Below, piece after piece: positions 17,782-28,633 of a DNA stretch of 58,845 nt. The stretch spans positions 1 to 58,845 of the forward strand of contig JBAQFX010000243.1 in NCBI GenBank assembly GCA_049287485.1, written 5' to 3'. Each line of letters starts with the position of its first letter. Positions within the stretch are counted from its first letter, which is position 1. Source of the stretch: Anaerolineales bacterium (GTDB lineage: Bacteria > Chloroflexota > Anaerolineae > Anaerolineales > UBA4823). The notes below the pieces were generated by a model. It was not told the origin of the DNA, searched no databases, and worked only from the letters and a program-made list of their open reading frames with translations. The translations under genes were made by a program, and so were the position numbers.

Positions 17782-19059
17782 CTACTTGGTTTTTTCGCAG
17801 TCTGGACTGTACCCACTTTGGTGGGATGCTGCCAGCATATCTTCCAACGCTTTAGCCTTCTTGATACGACCAGTTTTTCGATAGAGAATAGCCAAGTTTT
17901 TAAAGCTCGCTATCACTTTTGGGTGATCCGGGTGCAGGGCATCCTCGTAGATTGCTAGTGAGCGTTTGAAAAGGGGCTCTGCCTGCGCTAATTGACCATG
18001 ATTGTAATAAAGAATAGCCAGGTTATTCAGGCTATTTGCAACATCGATATGGTCCGGTCCGAGGCTATTCTCCCAGATTGTAAGCGCGCGCTTGTAGAGT
18101 GACTCAGCCTGCGTATATTGACCCTGGTGGGAATAAAGATTGGCAAGATTGTACAGACTGTTTGCCACATCGGAATGATTCGGGCTTAAGGCATTCTCCT
18201 GGATCGCGAGTGCGCCCTTGAAGAGTGGTTCGGCTTGAGCAAATTGACCTTGGTCGAAATAAAGATTAGCCAGGTTATTCAGCCACTCCGCCACACTGGG
18301 ATGGTCCGGTCCAAGGGCATTCTCCTCAATTGCCAGTGCGCGCTTGAAGAGCGGCTCAGCCCGCGCATATTGACCCTGGTTGTAATAAAGATTGGCCAGG
18401 TTGTATAGGGTCTCTGCCACATCGGGATGTTCCGGGCCGAGGGCACTCTCATAGATAGCCAGTGCGTGCTTGTAGAGTGGTTCAGCCTGCTCATATTGAC
18501 CCTGGTTGTAATAAAGATTGGCCAGGTTGAATAGACTCATAGCTACATGGGGATGGTCCGATCCGAGGGCATTCACCCGGATCGTCAGTGTGCGCTTAAA
18601 GAGAGACTCAGCCCGCATGTATTGACCTTGGTAGAAATAAAGAAGGGCCAGGTTGTGCAGACTCGATGCCACATCGGGATGGTCCGGTCCGAGGGCTTTC
18701 TCATAGATAGCTATTGCGCGGTTGAAGATCGGCTCAGCTAGCGCGTATTTACCCTGCTGGGAATAAAGGGTGGCCAGGTTGTACAGGCACATAGCTACAT
18801 CGGGATGATCCGGGCGAAGGGCGTTCTCATATATCGTCAGTGCGCGCTCGTAAAGAGGCTCAGCCCGCGCATATTGACCCTGGTTGTAATAAAGATAGGC
18901 AAGATTGTATAGACTGTTTGCCACGTCGGGATGGTTCGGACCCAGGTTCCTCTCCGCAACATTGAGTGCTTTCTTCGCAACACTGATTGCTCGATCATAT
19001 TCGCCGGCGTTGTAGAGATTCTCAACTTCCTGAGTCAGTTTTTCCCATTCGGTGCTCAT
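17782..19059 (-). CDS. Tetratricopeptide repeat protein (kinesin-light-chain-like TPR_12 repeats)
   Basis: Nine consecutive 42-aa units of HPDVA.SL.NLA.LY..QGQY..AEPL.KRAL.I.E.ALGPD. Confidence 0.9.
   Translation of the reverse strand: MSTEWEKLTQEVENLYNAGEYDRAISVAKKALNVAERNLGPNHPDVANSLYNLAYLYYNQGQYARAEPLYERALTIYENALRPDHPDVAMCLYNLATLYSQQGKYALAEPIFNRAIAIYEKALGPDHPDVASSLHNLALLYFYQGQYMRAESLFKRTLTIRVNALGSDHPHVAMSLFNLANLYYNQGQYEQAEPLYKHALAIYESALGPEHPDVAETLYNLANLYYNQGQYARAEPLFKRALAIEENALGPDHPSVAEWLNNLANLYFDQGQFAQAEPLFKGALAIQENALSPNHSDVANSLYNLANLYSHQGQYTQAESLYKRALTIWENSLGPDHIDVANSLNNLAILYYNHGQLAQAEPLFKRSLAIYEDALHPDHPKVIASFKNLAILYRKTGRIKKAKALEDMLAASHQSGYSPDCEKTK
17880..18940 (-). repeat. Tandem 126-bp coding repeats (9 units) inside the TPR gene
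   Basis: Repeated DNA strings such as attgaccctggttgtaataaagattggccaggttgta recur at about 126-bp spacing. Confidence 0.8.
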
Positions 19060-19495
19060 CTTTTTTACATTTCCGTATTTTTAGCTTAGGAAACACAAAA
19101 TACACGGCAGCCTTTAAATGCACACAATTATATAAAACCGTACGTTCACATCATACACCCTCTTTTCCTGCCCTGCAATCATCATTTCCTCTGGGTTTTT
19201 CCTTAATAGCCGTCTATTACGTCTAATATGTGCCAAAATGACCATACAACTCGCTGCTCTCCTTGCATGCTGTATCAGCATAGCTGTACCCGAATTGTTC
19301 CCCGATATACATCGGTATGAAGCAAGGAAAGGCGACCCGTAGCCCGGCTCTAGGGGGAAACAAGAATTATCTGCTTAATTCTCAAATTCACGAGAATCTA
19401 CTTTGTCTAGAATCTTTATACTTCCTTGACCCTTTTTAGTCATTCCTTGCCACTAAATTGACATTGATAGCGATATATTAACCTGCGGGCTGCGT

Positions 19496-19588
19496 ATGGT
19501 TGATATCGTTTATCTTTTAATAGCTTTCGTCTTATTCCTAGCATGCTGGGGTTTGCTGGTTTTATGTGAACACCTGATGGAAAAGTAA
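19496..19588 (+). CDS. Candidate 30-aa hydrophobic micropeptide immediately upstream of kdpF
   Basis: Not in the ORF track. ATG at 19496, translation MVDIVYLLIAFVLFLACWGLLVLCEHLMEK. Its stop TAA at 19586..19588 sits 1 nt before the kdpF ATG. Confidence 0.4.
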   Translation: MVDIVYLLIAFVLFLACWGLLVLCEHLMEK

Positions 19589-19589
19589 T

Positions 19590-19682
19590 ATGAATCTCTT
19601 ATACGTTATTGCAGGAATCATATCAATAGGTTTGTTAGTCTACCTCCTGATAGCATTGCTAAAACCCGAGCGGTTTGGATAG
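19590..19682 (+). CDS. kdpF: K+-transporting ATPase subunit F
   Basis: Not in the ORF track. MNLLYVIAGIISIGLLVYLLIALLKPERFG is a typical KdpF (single TM, ...LL.PE.F end). It lies directly upstream of kdpA. Confidence 0.8.
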   Translation: MNLLYVIAGIISIGLLVYLLIALLKPERFG

Positions 19683-19701
19683 TAATAGGTAGAGTTACCC
19701 T

Positions 19702-21501
19702 ATGGCTATATTTAGTTATGTCCAAATCGGGATCTACTTAGTCGTCCTGATATTACTGGTCAAACCGCTTGGTTTGTACATGGCAAAGGTCTATCAGGGT
19801 GAATCCACTTTCCTTGACCGACCTATCCGTCCATTGGAGCGTTTGATATATCGTTTGCTGGGAGTTAAACCTGAGGATAAAATGGATTGGAAGAACTATG
19901 CCATCTCATTATTAATTTTTAGCGTCATCAGCTTCCTGATCGTATACCTGATTCAACGCTTGCAAGGGCTCTTCCCACTAAACCCACAAAAATATGGAGC
20001 GATAACACCTGACCTGTCATTTAATACAGCGATCAGCTTTGTGACCAACAGCAACTGGCAGAATTACGGAGGCGAGACCACACTGAGTTACTTTACCCAG
20101 ATGGTTGGCCTGACTGTGCAGAACTTTGCCTCCGCGGCTGCAGGGATGGCGGTCCTCGTTGCTTTCATTCGCTCACTTGCGCGCAAACAAACCACCCAAT
20201 TGGGTAACTTCTGGATCGATCTCACGCGAGGAATACTATATATCTTACTTCCATTGTCGGTTATCCTTGCCCTGCTCCTGGTCAGCCAGGGTGTGGTGCA
20301 GACCTTTTCTCCTTATAAGCAGGTAACTCTGCTTGAGGCTATTAATTATCAGCTGCCCTTATTGGACGCCAAAGGAAATCCTATTACCGATGCCAATGGA
20401 AACTCTGTACCGGAAACAGTCACTCAGTCTACCCAAGTACTGGCATTAGGGCCAGCTGCTTCCCAGATTGCCATCAAGGAGTTAGGTACTAATGGCGGGG
20501 GCTTCTTCAACGCCAATTCAGCCCATCCATTTGAGAATCCCACCCCCTTTTCCGATTTCCTGGAAATGTTGTCCATCCTGCTTATCCCTGCTGCCCTGAC
20601 TTACACCTTTGGAAAAATGGTTGATTCCACCCGCCAGGGTTGGGCCATCCTCACAGCCATGTTGGTCCTTCTATTGATTCCACTGGGATTATCTTATGCC
20701 TCTGAAATGGCTGGCAATCCCACCTTGACCACTCTTGGTGTTGACCAGACATCCAGTGCGATTAACCCGGGCGGGAACATGGAAGGCAAAGAGGTGCGTC
20801 TCGGCATCGCTAACTCAAGCTTATGGGAAACGATAACCACGGCAGCCTCCAATGGCTCGGTCAATAGCATGCATGACTCGTATACCCCTCTAGGAGGGCT
20901 AGCTGCACTGTGGATGATGATGTTGGGAGAGGTCTCCTTCGGTGGGGTCGGCTCAGGCTTATATGGTATGTTCGCCTTTGTCATTGTGGCGGTCTTTGTG
21001 GCTGGTTTGATGGTAGGTCGGACACCCGAGTACCTGGGTAAGAAGATCGAAAAATATGAAATGAAGATGGCTGCATTGTTAATTCTGATCATGCCGATCA
21101 CTGTGTTGGTACTCACCGCAATCGCGGTGATGACAAATCCAGGTAAAGCAGGCATATTCAATCCGGGTCCGCATGGTTTCAGCGAAGTGCTCTACATGTT
21201 CACCTCCCAGGGAAACAACAATGGCAGTGCCTTTGCAGGGATCAATGGAAACAATCCCTTCTTTAACATCATGGGCGGCATCGCCATGATGATCGGCCGT
21301 TTTTTCCTTGCTGTTCCTACCCTGGCTCTGGCTGGATCCCTGGCCCAAAAGAAGAAGATTCCTGAGGGTGCTGGCACATTACCCACGCACACACCTTTGT
21401 TCGTTGCCTGGTTGATCGCTGTTGTGATCCTGGTGGGGGCATTAAACTTCTTACCTGCATTGGCATTAGGTCCGATCGTGGAACATTTGATGTTATGGTG
21501 A
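19702..21501 (+). CDS. kdpA: K+-transporting ATPase subunit A
   Basis: 599 aa polytopic protein with NSNWQNYGGE and GTNGGGFFNANSAHPFENP selectivity-filter-like motifs. Confidence 0.95.
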   Translation: MAIFSYVQIGIYLVVLILLVKPLGLYMAKVYQGESTFLDRPIRPLERLIYRLLGVKPEDKMDWKNYAISLLIFSVISFLIVYLIQRLQGLFPLNPQKYGAITPDLSFNTAISFVTNSNWQNYGGETTLSYFTQMVGLTVQNFASAAAGMAVLVAFIRSLARKQTTQLGNFWIDLTRGILYILLPLSVILALLLVSQGVVQTFSPYKQVTLLEAINYQLPLLDAKGNPITDANGNSVPETVTQSTQVLALGPAASQIAIKELGTNGGGFFNANSAHPFENPTPFSDFLEMLSILLIPAALTYTFGKMVDSTRQGWAILTAMLVLLLIPLGLSYASEMAGNPTLTTLGVDQTSSAINPGGNMEGKEVRLGIANSSLWETITTAASNGSVNSMHDSYTPLGGLAALWMMMLGEVSFGGVGSGLYGMFAFVIVAVFVAGLMVGRTPEYLGKKIEKYEMKMAALLILIMPITVLVLTAIAVMTNPGKAGIFNPGPHGFSEVLYMFTSQGNNNGSAFAGINGNNPFFNIMGGIAMMIGRFFLAVPTLALAGSLAQKKKIPEGAGTLPTHTPLFVAWLIAVVILVGALNFLPALALGPIVEHLMLW

Positions 21502-21520
21502 GGAATGACGGATTATTCGT

Positions 21521-23608
21521 ATGGCTACCAAATTAAAAAGATCTAGATCATTTACCCGCCAGTTATATGAAGATGCAGTTCTGGAGGCTTTCAGAAAACT
21601 CAATCCGCAGCATATGATCCGTAATCCGGTTATGTTTGTGGTGGAAATAGGCAGCCTGCTGACCAGCTTTTTATGGGTTCAATCACTCACCGGTCATGGT
21701 GAAGCTTCAGCCTCTTTCATCGGCCCAATATGTATATGGTTGTGGTTTACCGTCTTGTTTGCCAACTATGCTGAAGCGGTAGCAGAAGGACGTGGAAAAG
21801 CACAGGCAGAAGCCCTGCGTAAGACCCGGCGAGAAACTATGGCTAAAAAATTGCGCCAACCAAGCCGTTTTGCAGAAAGTGAAACGGTCCCATCCACTTC
21901 GCTTCACAAGGATGACATTTTCTTAGTGGAAGCAGGCGATATCATTCCCATCGATGGGGAAATCATAGAAGGAATTGCTTCCGTCGATGAAAGCGCGGTT
22001 ACCGGGGAGAGTGCCCCGGTCATTCGTGAATCGGGTGGTGATCGTAGTGCAGTTACTGGAGGGACGCGTTTATTATCTGATTGGCTGGTGATACGCGTTA
22101 CTTCCAGCCCGGGTGAAGGCTTCCTGGACCGTATGATCGGGCTGATCGAAGGAGCCAGGCGTCAGAAAACTCCCAATGAGATTGCTTTGAACATTCTTTT
22201 AGCTGCCTTCACGATCATCTTTCTGGTGGTCTGTATGACTCTATTGCCATTTTCCCTGTATAGCGTGCAGACAGCTGGTAAAGGCACCCCGATCACCATC
22301 ACCGTATTGGTGGCGCTGCTGGTGTGCCTGATCCCGACTACGATTGGTGGATTGCTTTCAGCCATCGGCATCGCCGGGATGGATCGTATGATCCAGCGCA
22401 ATGTAATCGCACTCTCCGGACGTGCAGTCGAAGCAGCAGGAGATGTGGATGTGCTCCTGTTAGACAAAACAGGCACTATCACACTTGGTAATCGGCAGGC
22501 CGTCGAATTTATCCCTGTCGGGAATATCAGTCCATATGAGCTGGCTGAAATTGCCCAACTCTCTTCATTAGCTGACGAAACACCCGAGGGTCGCAGTATT
22601 GTGGTGCTGGCAAAAGAGAAATTCGGCCTGCGCGGTCGAACAGTAGGAGCAGGTCCGTATTCTCCTGCAGGCGCGCATTTCATCCCCTTTACCGCACAAA
22701 GCCGCATGAGTGGAGTGGATATCGATGGAGCAAGCATTCGCAAAGGCGCACCCGACACCATGGTTGCTTATATCAAGCAGCAAGGTAAGATGATCCCCAC
22801 GGAACTTGATCATCTGGTGGAAACGATCGCCCATAATGGTGGTACACCATTGATCGTCTCATACAATGGAGAAGCCTGGGGTGTGATCCATCTCAAGGAT
22901 ATCATTAAAGGGGGCATTCACGAACGCTTTGCCCAACTGCGTAAGATGGGTATCAAAACCGTAATGATTACTGGCGATAACCCGCTTACCGCAGCGGCTA
23001 TTGTCGCAGAAGCTGGGGTTGACGATTTCCTCGCTCAGGCCACCCCTGAGACAAAGCTGGAGTTGATCCGGAATTATCAGGCTGGAGGGCGATTGGTGGC
23101 TATGACTGGTGATGGAACCAACGATGCCCCAGCCCTGGCGCAGGCTGATGTGGCTGTGGCAATGAACACTGGAACACAACCAGCACGTGAAGCAGCCAAC
23201 ATGGTCGACCTGGACAGCAATCCAACCAAGCTGATCGAGATCGTGGAAATTGGCAAACAGCTGCTGATGACTCGCGGCTCGCTTACTACCTTCAGCATTG
23301 CCAATGACGTGTCAAAATATTTTGCCATTATCCCGGCAGCATTTGCCAGTATCTACCCACAATTGGAGGCATTAAATATTATGCGTTTAACCACGCCAGA
23401 GAGTGCCATACTTTCAGCAGTGATCTTCAATGCTTTAATCATTGTTGCTTTGATTCCATTGGCGCTTAAAGGAGTGCCTTATCGAGCCAAAGGTGCGGCC
23501 CAACTTCTCCGTGATAATTTGCTCATTTATGGACTGGGTGGACTGGTTGCGCCTTTTATTGGAATAAAGTTGATCGATATGTTATTGGTATTTTTACATC
23601 TGATATAG
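21521..23608 (+). CDS. kdpB: K+-transporting ATPase subunit B (P-type ATPase)
   Basis: [28 protein letters not shown] and [17 protein letters not shown]. Confidence 0.95.
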   Translation: MATKLKRSRSFTRQLYEDAVLEAFRKLNPQHMIRNPVMFVVEIGSLLTSFLWVQSLTGHGEASASFIGPICIWLWFTVLFANYAEAVAEGRGKAQAEALRKTRRETMAKKLRQPSRFAESETVPSTSLHKDDIFLVEAGDIIPIDGEIIEGIASVDESAVTGESAPVIRESGGDRSAVTGGTRLLSDWLVIRVTSSPGEGFLDRMIGLIEGARRQKTPNEIALNILLAAFTIIFLVVCMTLLPFSLYSVQTAGKGTPITITVLVALLVCLIPTTIGGLLSAIGIAGMDRMIQRNVIALSGRAVEAAGDVDVLLLDKTGTITLGNRQAVEFIPVGNISPYELAEIAQLSSLADETPEGRSIVVLAKEKFGLRGRTVGAGPYSPAGAHFIPFTAQSRMSGVDIDGASIRKGAPDTMVAYIKQQGKMIPTELDHLVETIAHNGGTPLIVSYNGEAWGVIHLKDIIKGGIHERFAQLRKMGIKTVMITGDNPLTAAAIVAEAGVDDFLAQATPETKLELIRNYQAGGRLVAMTGDGTNDAPALAQADVAVAMNTGTQPAREAANMVDLDSNPTKLIEIVEIGKQLLMTRGSLTTFSIANDVSKYFAIIPAAFASIYPQLEALNIMRLTTPESAILSAVIFNALIIVALIPLALKGVPYRAKGAAQLLRDNLLIYGLGGLVAPFIGIKLIDMLLVFLHLI

Positions 23609-23667
23609 CAAGGGGCAGTTACTTGGATTGAACCATTAATCAACATCACCATCCAGAGAGGTGAATT

Positions 23668-24426
23668 ATGAAGAGAAACTTCTTATCAACTTTGTCGTCG
23701 GTCTTCGTCAACTGTTTTTTTGCCTTTTTAAGTGTGGCTGTTCTTACCATCATTTTGAAGTTGATTGGTCGAAATGTTTTAGGCGAAGCCGTTATCGCTC
23801 TCTTATATCTCGTGCCAGTGGGTTGGAGCGCTACTCAATGGGGGCAAGGAGCAGGTGTGTGTGCAGCAGTGGCTGCAGCATTAGCCTTCGACTACTTTTT
23901 TATCCCACCATTTTATACTTTTGCTGTAGGTCGGCTTGAGGGTTGGCTGGTACTGGCAATCTTCCTGGTAGTATCGATTGTGGTGATCGGGCGGATCCAG
24001 ACTGGCTTGACCAGAGCACTCAACAGCGAGAGGGAAGCAATATTGATGTATGAAATGAGCTCCGCTTTAGCAGGTTTACGCACACAGGAAGCAGTCGTCC
24101 ATGCCTTAGCAACGAATTTACAGCTTATGTTCCAGGCGGAGCTGGTCGAAGTGAGCGCACAACCAATAAGAGAAGGAGAATCAATATTGGTAGCCGTTCC
24201 ACCTGGCGTCAAAGAAAAAGGAATACCAGATCGGCTCCTGCCTATACTGGCCTCGCCGGGATTGGTGGGAGAAATTCGTATCTGGCGTGGAAATGGCTGG
24301 TTACCTGCTGAAGGAAGCCGCTTACTGAACAACTTTACTTCCCAAGCCTCTCAAGCTCTTGAAAGAGCAAGATTGTCAGAAGCAGAGGTAATGCTAAACA
24401 AGGCTACGAATGGAAATAATCTATAA
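23668..24426 (+). CDS. Stand-alone KdpD-core-like protein (DUF4118 membrane domain plus GAF-like domain, no kinase)
   Basis: It aligns by eye with the middle of the full-length KdpD in this window: [35 protein letters not shown] versus VATFDYFFVPPSLTLAVSDTEYILTFLGLLSVSLVI, followed by a GAF-like stretch. It ends before any H-box. Confidence 0.7.
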   Translation: MKRNFLSTLSSVFVNCFFAFLSVAVLTIILKLIGRNVLGEAVIALLYLVPVGWSATQWGQGAGVCAAVAAALAFDYFFIPPFYTFAVGRLEGWLVLAIFLVVSIVVIGRIQTGLTRALNSEREAILMYEMSSALAGLRTQEAVVHALATNLQLMFQAELVEVSAQPIREGESILVAVPPGVKEKGIPDRLLPILASPGLVGEIRIWRGNGWLPAEGSRLLNNFTSQASQALERARLSEAEVMLNKATNGNNL

Positions 24427-24434
24427 GGGCTGAT

Positions 24435-25040
24435 ATGCACTTGCTACACTCACAATCACGCTCGCAATTACGCTCGCAAACAAGACCAGCAATTGTTTCT
24501 GTCGTTATATTCACCCTCTTGACAGGCGTCTTATATCCTTTGCTAGTTACCGGGATTACCCAGGCGATTTTCCCACGTCAGGCTAATGGCAGCCTGATCG
24601 TTCGGAACAGTCAGGTCGTTGGATCAATGCTGATTGGACAGCAATTTGACGATCCCCGATATTTCTGGGGTCGACTTTCTGCTACCTTGCCGTACCCGTA
24701 TAATGCCGCTTCCTCAAAGGGATCAAACTTGGGCCCCTCCAACCCGGCTCTGGTCGAGGAAGTTAAGGCCCGCATCGCTGCATTAAAAGCAGCTGATCCA
24801 GGCAATAACGCACCCATCCCGGTGGATTTGGTTACATCTTCGGGTAGTGGGCTTGACCCGGACATTAGCGTTGCCGCTGCCTTGTACCAGGTCCCGCGAA
24901 TTGCCAAAGAACGGGGATTCTCCGAAGACGTTATTATCGCTTTGGTCGGCCAATATATACAAGGGCGCTTATTTGGAGTGTTGGGAGAACCTCGGGTGAA
25001 TGTTCTGGAGCTCAACCTGGCATTAGATGAGATAAAATAG
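24435..25040 (+). CDS. kdpC: K+-transporting ATPase subunit C
   Basis: N-terminal [27 protein letters not shown], and C-terminal [12 protein letters not shown]. Confidence 0.95.
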   Translation: MHLLHSQSRSQLRSQTRPAIVSVVIFTLLTGVLYPLLVTGITQAIFPRQANGSLIVRNSQVVGSMLIGQQFDDPRYFWGRLSATLPYPYNAASSKGSNLGPSNPALVEEVKARIAALKAADPGNNAPIPVDLVTSSGSGLDPDISVAAALYQVPRIAKERGFSEDVIIALVGQYIQGRLFGVLGEPRVNVLELNLALDEIK

Positions 25041-25058
25041 AAAAAGGAGAGCAATCTG

Positions 25059-27737
25059 ATGAACACTTCGCCTCCAGTAAATCGCCCGGAGCCAGACAAA
25101 CTATTAGCCCATATTCAGGCTGAAGAAAGACTGCGGGAGCAAGGTCAGCTAAAGATTTTCTTTGGATATGCCGCTGGAGTGGGTAAAACCTATGCCATGC
25201 TCGAAGCCGCTCACCAGCGAATGACCGAAGGAGTAGACGTTGTTGTTGGCTATGTGGAAACACACCAGAGGGTGGAAACAGAGAATATGCTCAAGGATTT
25301 GGAGGTCATTCCACCTAAAGCTATTCAATACCGAGGTATCCAGCTTACAGAAATGGATATTGACAGAGTACTGGAGCGAAAACCTCAGTTAGTCTTGGTA
25401 GATGAGCTGGCCCATACCAATGCACCCGGCTCGCGGCATACCAAGCGCTATCAGGATGTGGAAGATCTGCTAGTAGCTGGTATCAATGTTTATACGACAT
25501 TGAACATCCAGCATTTGGAGAGCCTGAATGATGTAGTTGCTCAAATCACTGGCACCAAGGTGCGCGAGACCATCCCGGATCGTGTGATCGATGAAGTCAC
25601 CGATATTGAGCTGATCGATTTGCCAACTGACGAGTTGCTGAACCGGTTGAAAGAAGGTAAGATTTATATTCCTGAACAAGCTGAACGGGCGATAGAGAAG
25701 TTCTTCCGCCAGGGTAACCTGACAGCCTTGCGTGAGCTGACCATGCGCCGGGCAGCGGAAAGGGTTAATGATCTAATGCTGGATTACATGGACAAGCGCT
25801 TCATCCAAGGTCCCTGGCCAGCTGGAGAACGCTTGCTGGTATGTGTCAGCCCGGGTGAAGTCAGCGAACGATTAATCCGCACCGCCCGCCGCCTGGCAGA
25901 CCAGCTGAAATCAGAATGGTATGCGATTTTTGTTGAAACCCCTGGCCAGGCCAGGATGTCCGCCAAACAACGCGACCGTGTTGATAGTATGCTGCGTTTG
26001 GCAGAAGAATTGGGTGCGAAATCCATTACCATTCCCGGTCCCTCTGTAGCAGAGACGGTGACAAACTATGCCCGAACTCAAAATATTACTAAAATTATCA
26101 TCGGAAAATCACGGCGTTCAAAATGGAGAGAGTTACTTCACAACTCTGTGGCGGATCAATTGATCCGTCAGAGCGGTCCAATCGATGTTTATTTCGTCAA
26201 TAGCGAATCCCAGCCATCATTGAAACCACTCGAGGGGTATTGGCAACCCCATGGACCTTGGCGTCGATATCTATTCGGGATTGCATTGGTTGCTGCGGCT
26301 ACTGGTCTATGTGCCCTGGTTGCCCCCTTTATTTCTCCCACCAACCTGGTGGTAATCTACCTGCTTTCTACAGTGTTGGCAGCTCTATTCCTTGGACGTG
26401 GTCCAGCCATTCTAACCTCAATATTAAGTGTGGCTACTTTTGATTATTTCTTCGTACCACCAAGCCTCACCCTGGCAGTATCGGATACCGAGTATATACT
26501 GACCTTTTTAGGTTTGTTATCTGTAAGCCTGGTGATCAGTTATCTGACTGCCCAAGTGCGCGAACAGGCAGATGCAGCCCAACGACGTGAAGCACAAACT
26601 GCTGCGCTGTACGAGCTGGGGCGTGATCTTACCGCTGCAGTTGGATTGGAAGCAGCAGCAAAAACAATCATAGAACATATCGGGCAAATATATAGTCGTG
26701 AAGTTGCCATTTTTATGGTTGTTAGTGGGGAGTTGAAGCTCTATATGGCCAGCCAGGGTCTAATAGTGACTGATAGTGAGCTTGCGGTAGCCCATTGGGC
26801 TTTTGAGAATGGAAAACAAGCTGGTCGTGGCACTGATACCTTGCCAGATGCCACGATGTATTACCAGCCGCTCAAAACCACACGTGGAGTGATCGGTGTA
26901 TTGGGGATAAAGCCGATTAAAGCAAGCACTTACCTCAGTCCAGATCAGCGGCGGATCCTGGATGCCTTTACCAATCAGGTTGCTCTCGCCATCGAGGGCG
27001 CTCAACTGGTCGAGCAAGCGCGACAAACAGAATTATTGGAAGCAACTGAAAAATTGCAAACCGCTTTACTCAACTCCATCTCACATGATTTACGCACACC
27101 TCTGGTTTCTATCACAGGTGCTTTAAGTAGCCTGGAAGAAGCTAGCCCTGCTATGGACGAGGAGGTCAAACGCAGTTTGATTGAAACTGCACGCGAAGAA
27201 GCGGAGCGGTTGAACCGGCTGGTGGGTAATTTGTTGGATATCACTCGATTGGAAGCTGGCGCCATGCAGCTGCACCGCGAAACATGCGACGTGCAGGAAT
27301 TGATAGGGTCTGCTCTTGAGCAAATTGGAACTCCGCTCAAGAACCGTCAGGTCAAAGTAGAGATCCCAGCAAAATTGCCGCTCGTCAACCTGGATTTTGT
27401 GCTATTTAGCAGGGTGCTGGTCAATATTATTGATAATGCCTTAAAGTATTCCCCTCCAGAAAAGCCTATCGATATCAGGACACACATAACGAACCAGAAT
27501 CTAGAAATCAGCATAGCTGACAGAGGAGATGGTATCCCACCAGAAGACTTTGAGCGAATATTCGATAAATTCTATCGGGTGCAGAGGCCTGATAACGTAA
27601 GTGGGACTGGGTTAGGGTTATCCATCTGCAAGGGCATCATCGAGGCACATGGAGGTAGCATCAGGGTGGTAAATCGCCGTGGAGGGGGAGCTATCTTCAC
27701 AGTGAGCGTGCCATTAGAAGGGATCGGGAATCAATGA
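25059..27737 (+). CDS. kdpD: Osmosensitive K+-channel sensor histidine kinase KdpD (full length)
   Basis: N-terminal KdpD domain with P-loop-like GYAAGVGKT, a Usp region, DUF4118 TMs, GAF, H-box SHDLRTPL, and the HATPase motif GTGLGLSICKGIIEAHGG. Confidence 0.95.
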   Translation: MNTSPPVNRPEPDKLLAHIQAEERLREQGQLKIFFGYAAGVGKTYAMLEAAHQRMTEGVDVVVGYVETHQRVETENMLKDLEVIPPKAIQYRGIQLTEMDIDRVLERKPQLVLVDELAHTNAPGSRHTKRYQDVEDLLVAGINVYTTLNIQHLESLNDVVAQITGTKVRETIPDRVIDEVTDIELIDLPTDELLNRLKEGKIYIPEQAERAIEKFFRQGNLTALRELTMRRAAERVNDLMLDYMDKRFIQGPWPAGERLLVCVSPGEVSERLIRTARRLADQLKSEWYAIFVETPGQARMSAKQRDRVDSMLRLAEELGAKSITIPGPSVAETVTNYARTQNITKIIIGKSRRSKWRELLHNSVADQLIRQSGPIDVYFVNSESQPSLKPLEGYWQPHGPWRRYLFGIALVAAATGLCALVAPFISPTNLVVIYLLSTVLAALFLGRGPAILTSILSVATFDYFFVPPSLTLAVSDTEYILTFLGLLSVSLVISYLTAQVREQADAAQRREAQTAALYELGRDLTAAVGLEAAAKTIIEHIGQIYSREVAIFMVVSGELKLYMASQGLIVTDSELAVAHWAFENGKQAGRGTDTLPDATMYYQPLKTTRGVIGVLGIKPIKASTYLSPDQRRILDAFTNQVALAIEGAQLVEQARQTELLEATEKLQTALLNSISHDLRTPLVSITGALSSLEEASPAMDEEVKRSLIETAREEAERLNRLVGNLLDITRLEAGAMQLHRETCDVQELIGSALEQIGTPLKNRQVKVEIPAKLPLVNLDFVLFSRVLVNIIDNALKYSPPEKPIDIRTHITNQNLEISIADRGDGIPPEDFERIFDKFYRVQRPDNVSGTGLGLSICKGIIEAHGGSIRVVNRRGGGAIFTVSVPLEGIGNQ

Positions 27738-28426
27738 ACGAGATTGGATTACGAGTGTTAGTGGTAGACGATGAACGGGCGATCAGGCGTTACCTGCATG
27801 CGGCACTGAATGCTCAAGGCTATACCGTTTACGAGGCAAGTTGTGGAAAAGAAGCTCTGAATATGATGGTAGCTGATCGACCTGATTTGATCATCCTGGA
27901 TTTGGGCTTACCCGATCTGGATGGCGTCGAAGTCACCCGCCAATTGCGCGAATGGACCCAAATCCCTATCATTATTCTTTCCGTACGCGAGCAGGAAATT
28001 GATAAAATCGAGGCTTTAGACGCGGGAGCGGATGATTATCTAACCAAGCCATTCGGCAGTGCAGAACTGATGGCTCGCATGCGGGCTGCGCTGAGGCATA
28101 CCATGCAGAATGCCTCTGAGCCGATTTTTGAAACTAATAATTTAGAAGTAGACTTGACTCGCCGCCTAGTGAGAGTGGGTGGTGAAGAAATCTCCTTGAC
28201 ACCCACCGAATATGACCTGCTACGTATCCTGGTTCAAAATGCCGGGAAAGTAATAACTCATCGGCTGCTCATCCGCCAGGTATGGGGAACCGCTTATGAA
28301 AATGAGGCTCATTTACTCCGCGTGAATATGAGTAACCTGCGCCGGAAGATAGAACCTGATCCTACCCGCCCCCGATATATCATCACCGAACCTGGGGTTG
28401 GTTATCGACTCAGGACTGAATCATAA
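27734..28426 (+). CDS. kdpE: OmpR-family response regulator KdpE
   Basis: Receiver domain (VLVVDDE...LIILDLGLPDLDG...KPF) plus a winged-helix output (LTPTEYDLLRIL...GVGYRL). ATGA overlap with kdpD. Confidence 0.9.
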   Translation: MNEIGLRVLVVDDERAIRRYLHAALNAQGYTVYEASCGKEALNMMVADRPDLIILDLGLPDLDGVEVTRQLREWTQIPIIILSVREQEIDKIEALDAGADDYLTKPFGSAELMARMRAALRHTMQNASEPIFETNNLEVDLTRRLVRVGGEEISLTPTEYDLLRILVQNAGKVITHRLLIRQVWGTAYENEAHLLRVNMSNLRRKIEPDPTRPRYIITEPGVGYRLRTES

Positions 28427-28595
28427 TCTGAAGATTTTATGGTTATTATTAGTTAAAAATCTGGCAGGAATAACAAATCCTCCACATGTAGGGGAAATCA
28501 GGTGGACCTGGCGATTCTTTAAAGGTCAGTAAACGAATCGATTATCGATAAAGTTAATACCCTTTTTGATATATACTCTTTCTTCCTCTTGTGCG

Positions 28596-28633
28596 AAATT
28601 GTACAATTTGATATACTCATCCAATGAGTATAT
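28596..28633. promoter_or_regulatory. Two palindromes at the PadR gene start (candidate autoregulatory operators)
   Basis: A perfect 14-bp palindrome AAATTGTACAATTT at 28596..28609. A perfect 9-bp inverted repeat ATATACTCA(28611..28619)-N5-TGAGTATAT(28625..28633) ends at the ATG (28634). Confidence 0.45.

Noticed and set aside
19227-19495. Possible c-di-AMP (ydaO-type) riboswitch upstream of the kdp operon
   Set aside because: Local hairpins exist (CCUUGC...GCAAGG enclosing AUGCUG-UAU-CAGCAU and CCGAU-AUAC-AUCGG) along with an ACCCGAA string. I could not find the conserved CGCU.AAUC, GGGGUGAAUC or AGCUAACCUCGUAAGCG blocks on either strand. It would need cmsearch to revisit.
20694-25099. Long antisense ORFs inside kdpA, kdpB, kdpC and the KdpD-core gene (for example 20694..21161, 22162..22761, 23913..24332, 24611..25099)
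   Set aside because: These are shadow ORFs opposite well-supported genes, with Pro/Ser/Arg-rich composition and no start context. The same reasoning applies to the other minus-strand track ORFs inside + strand genes throughout the window.
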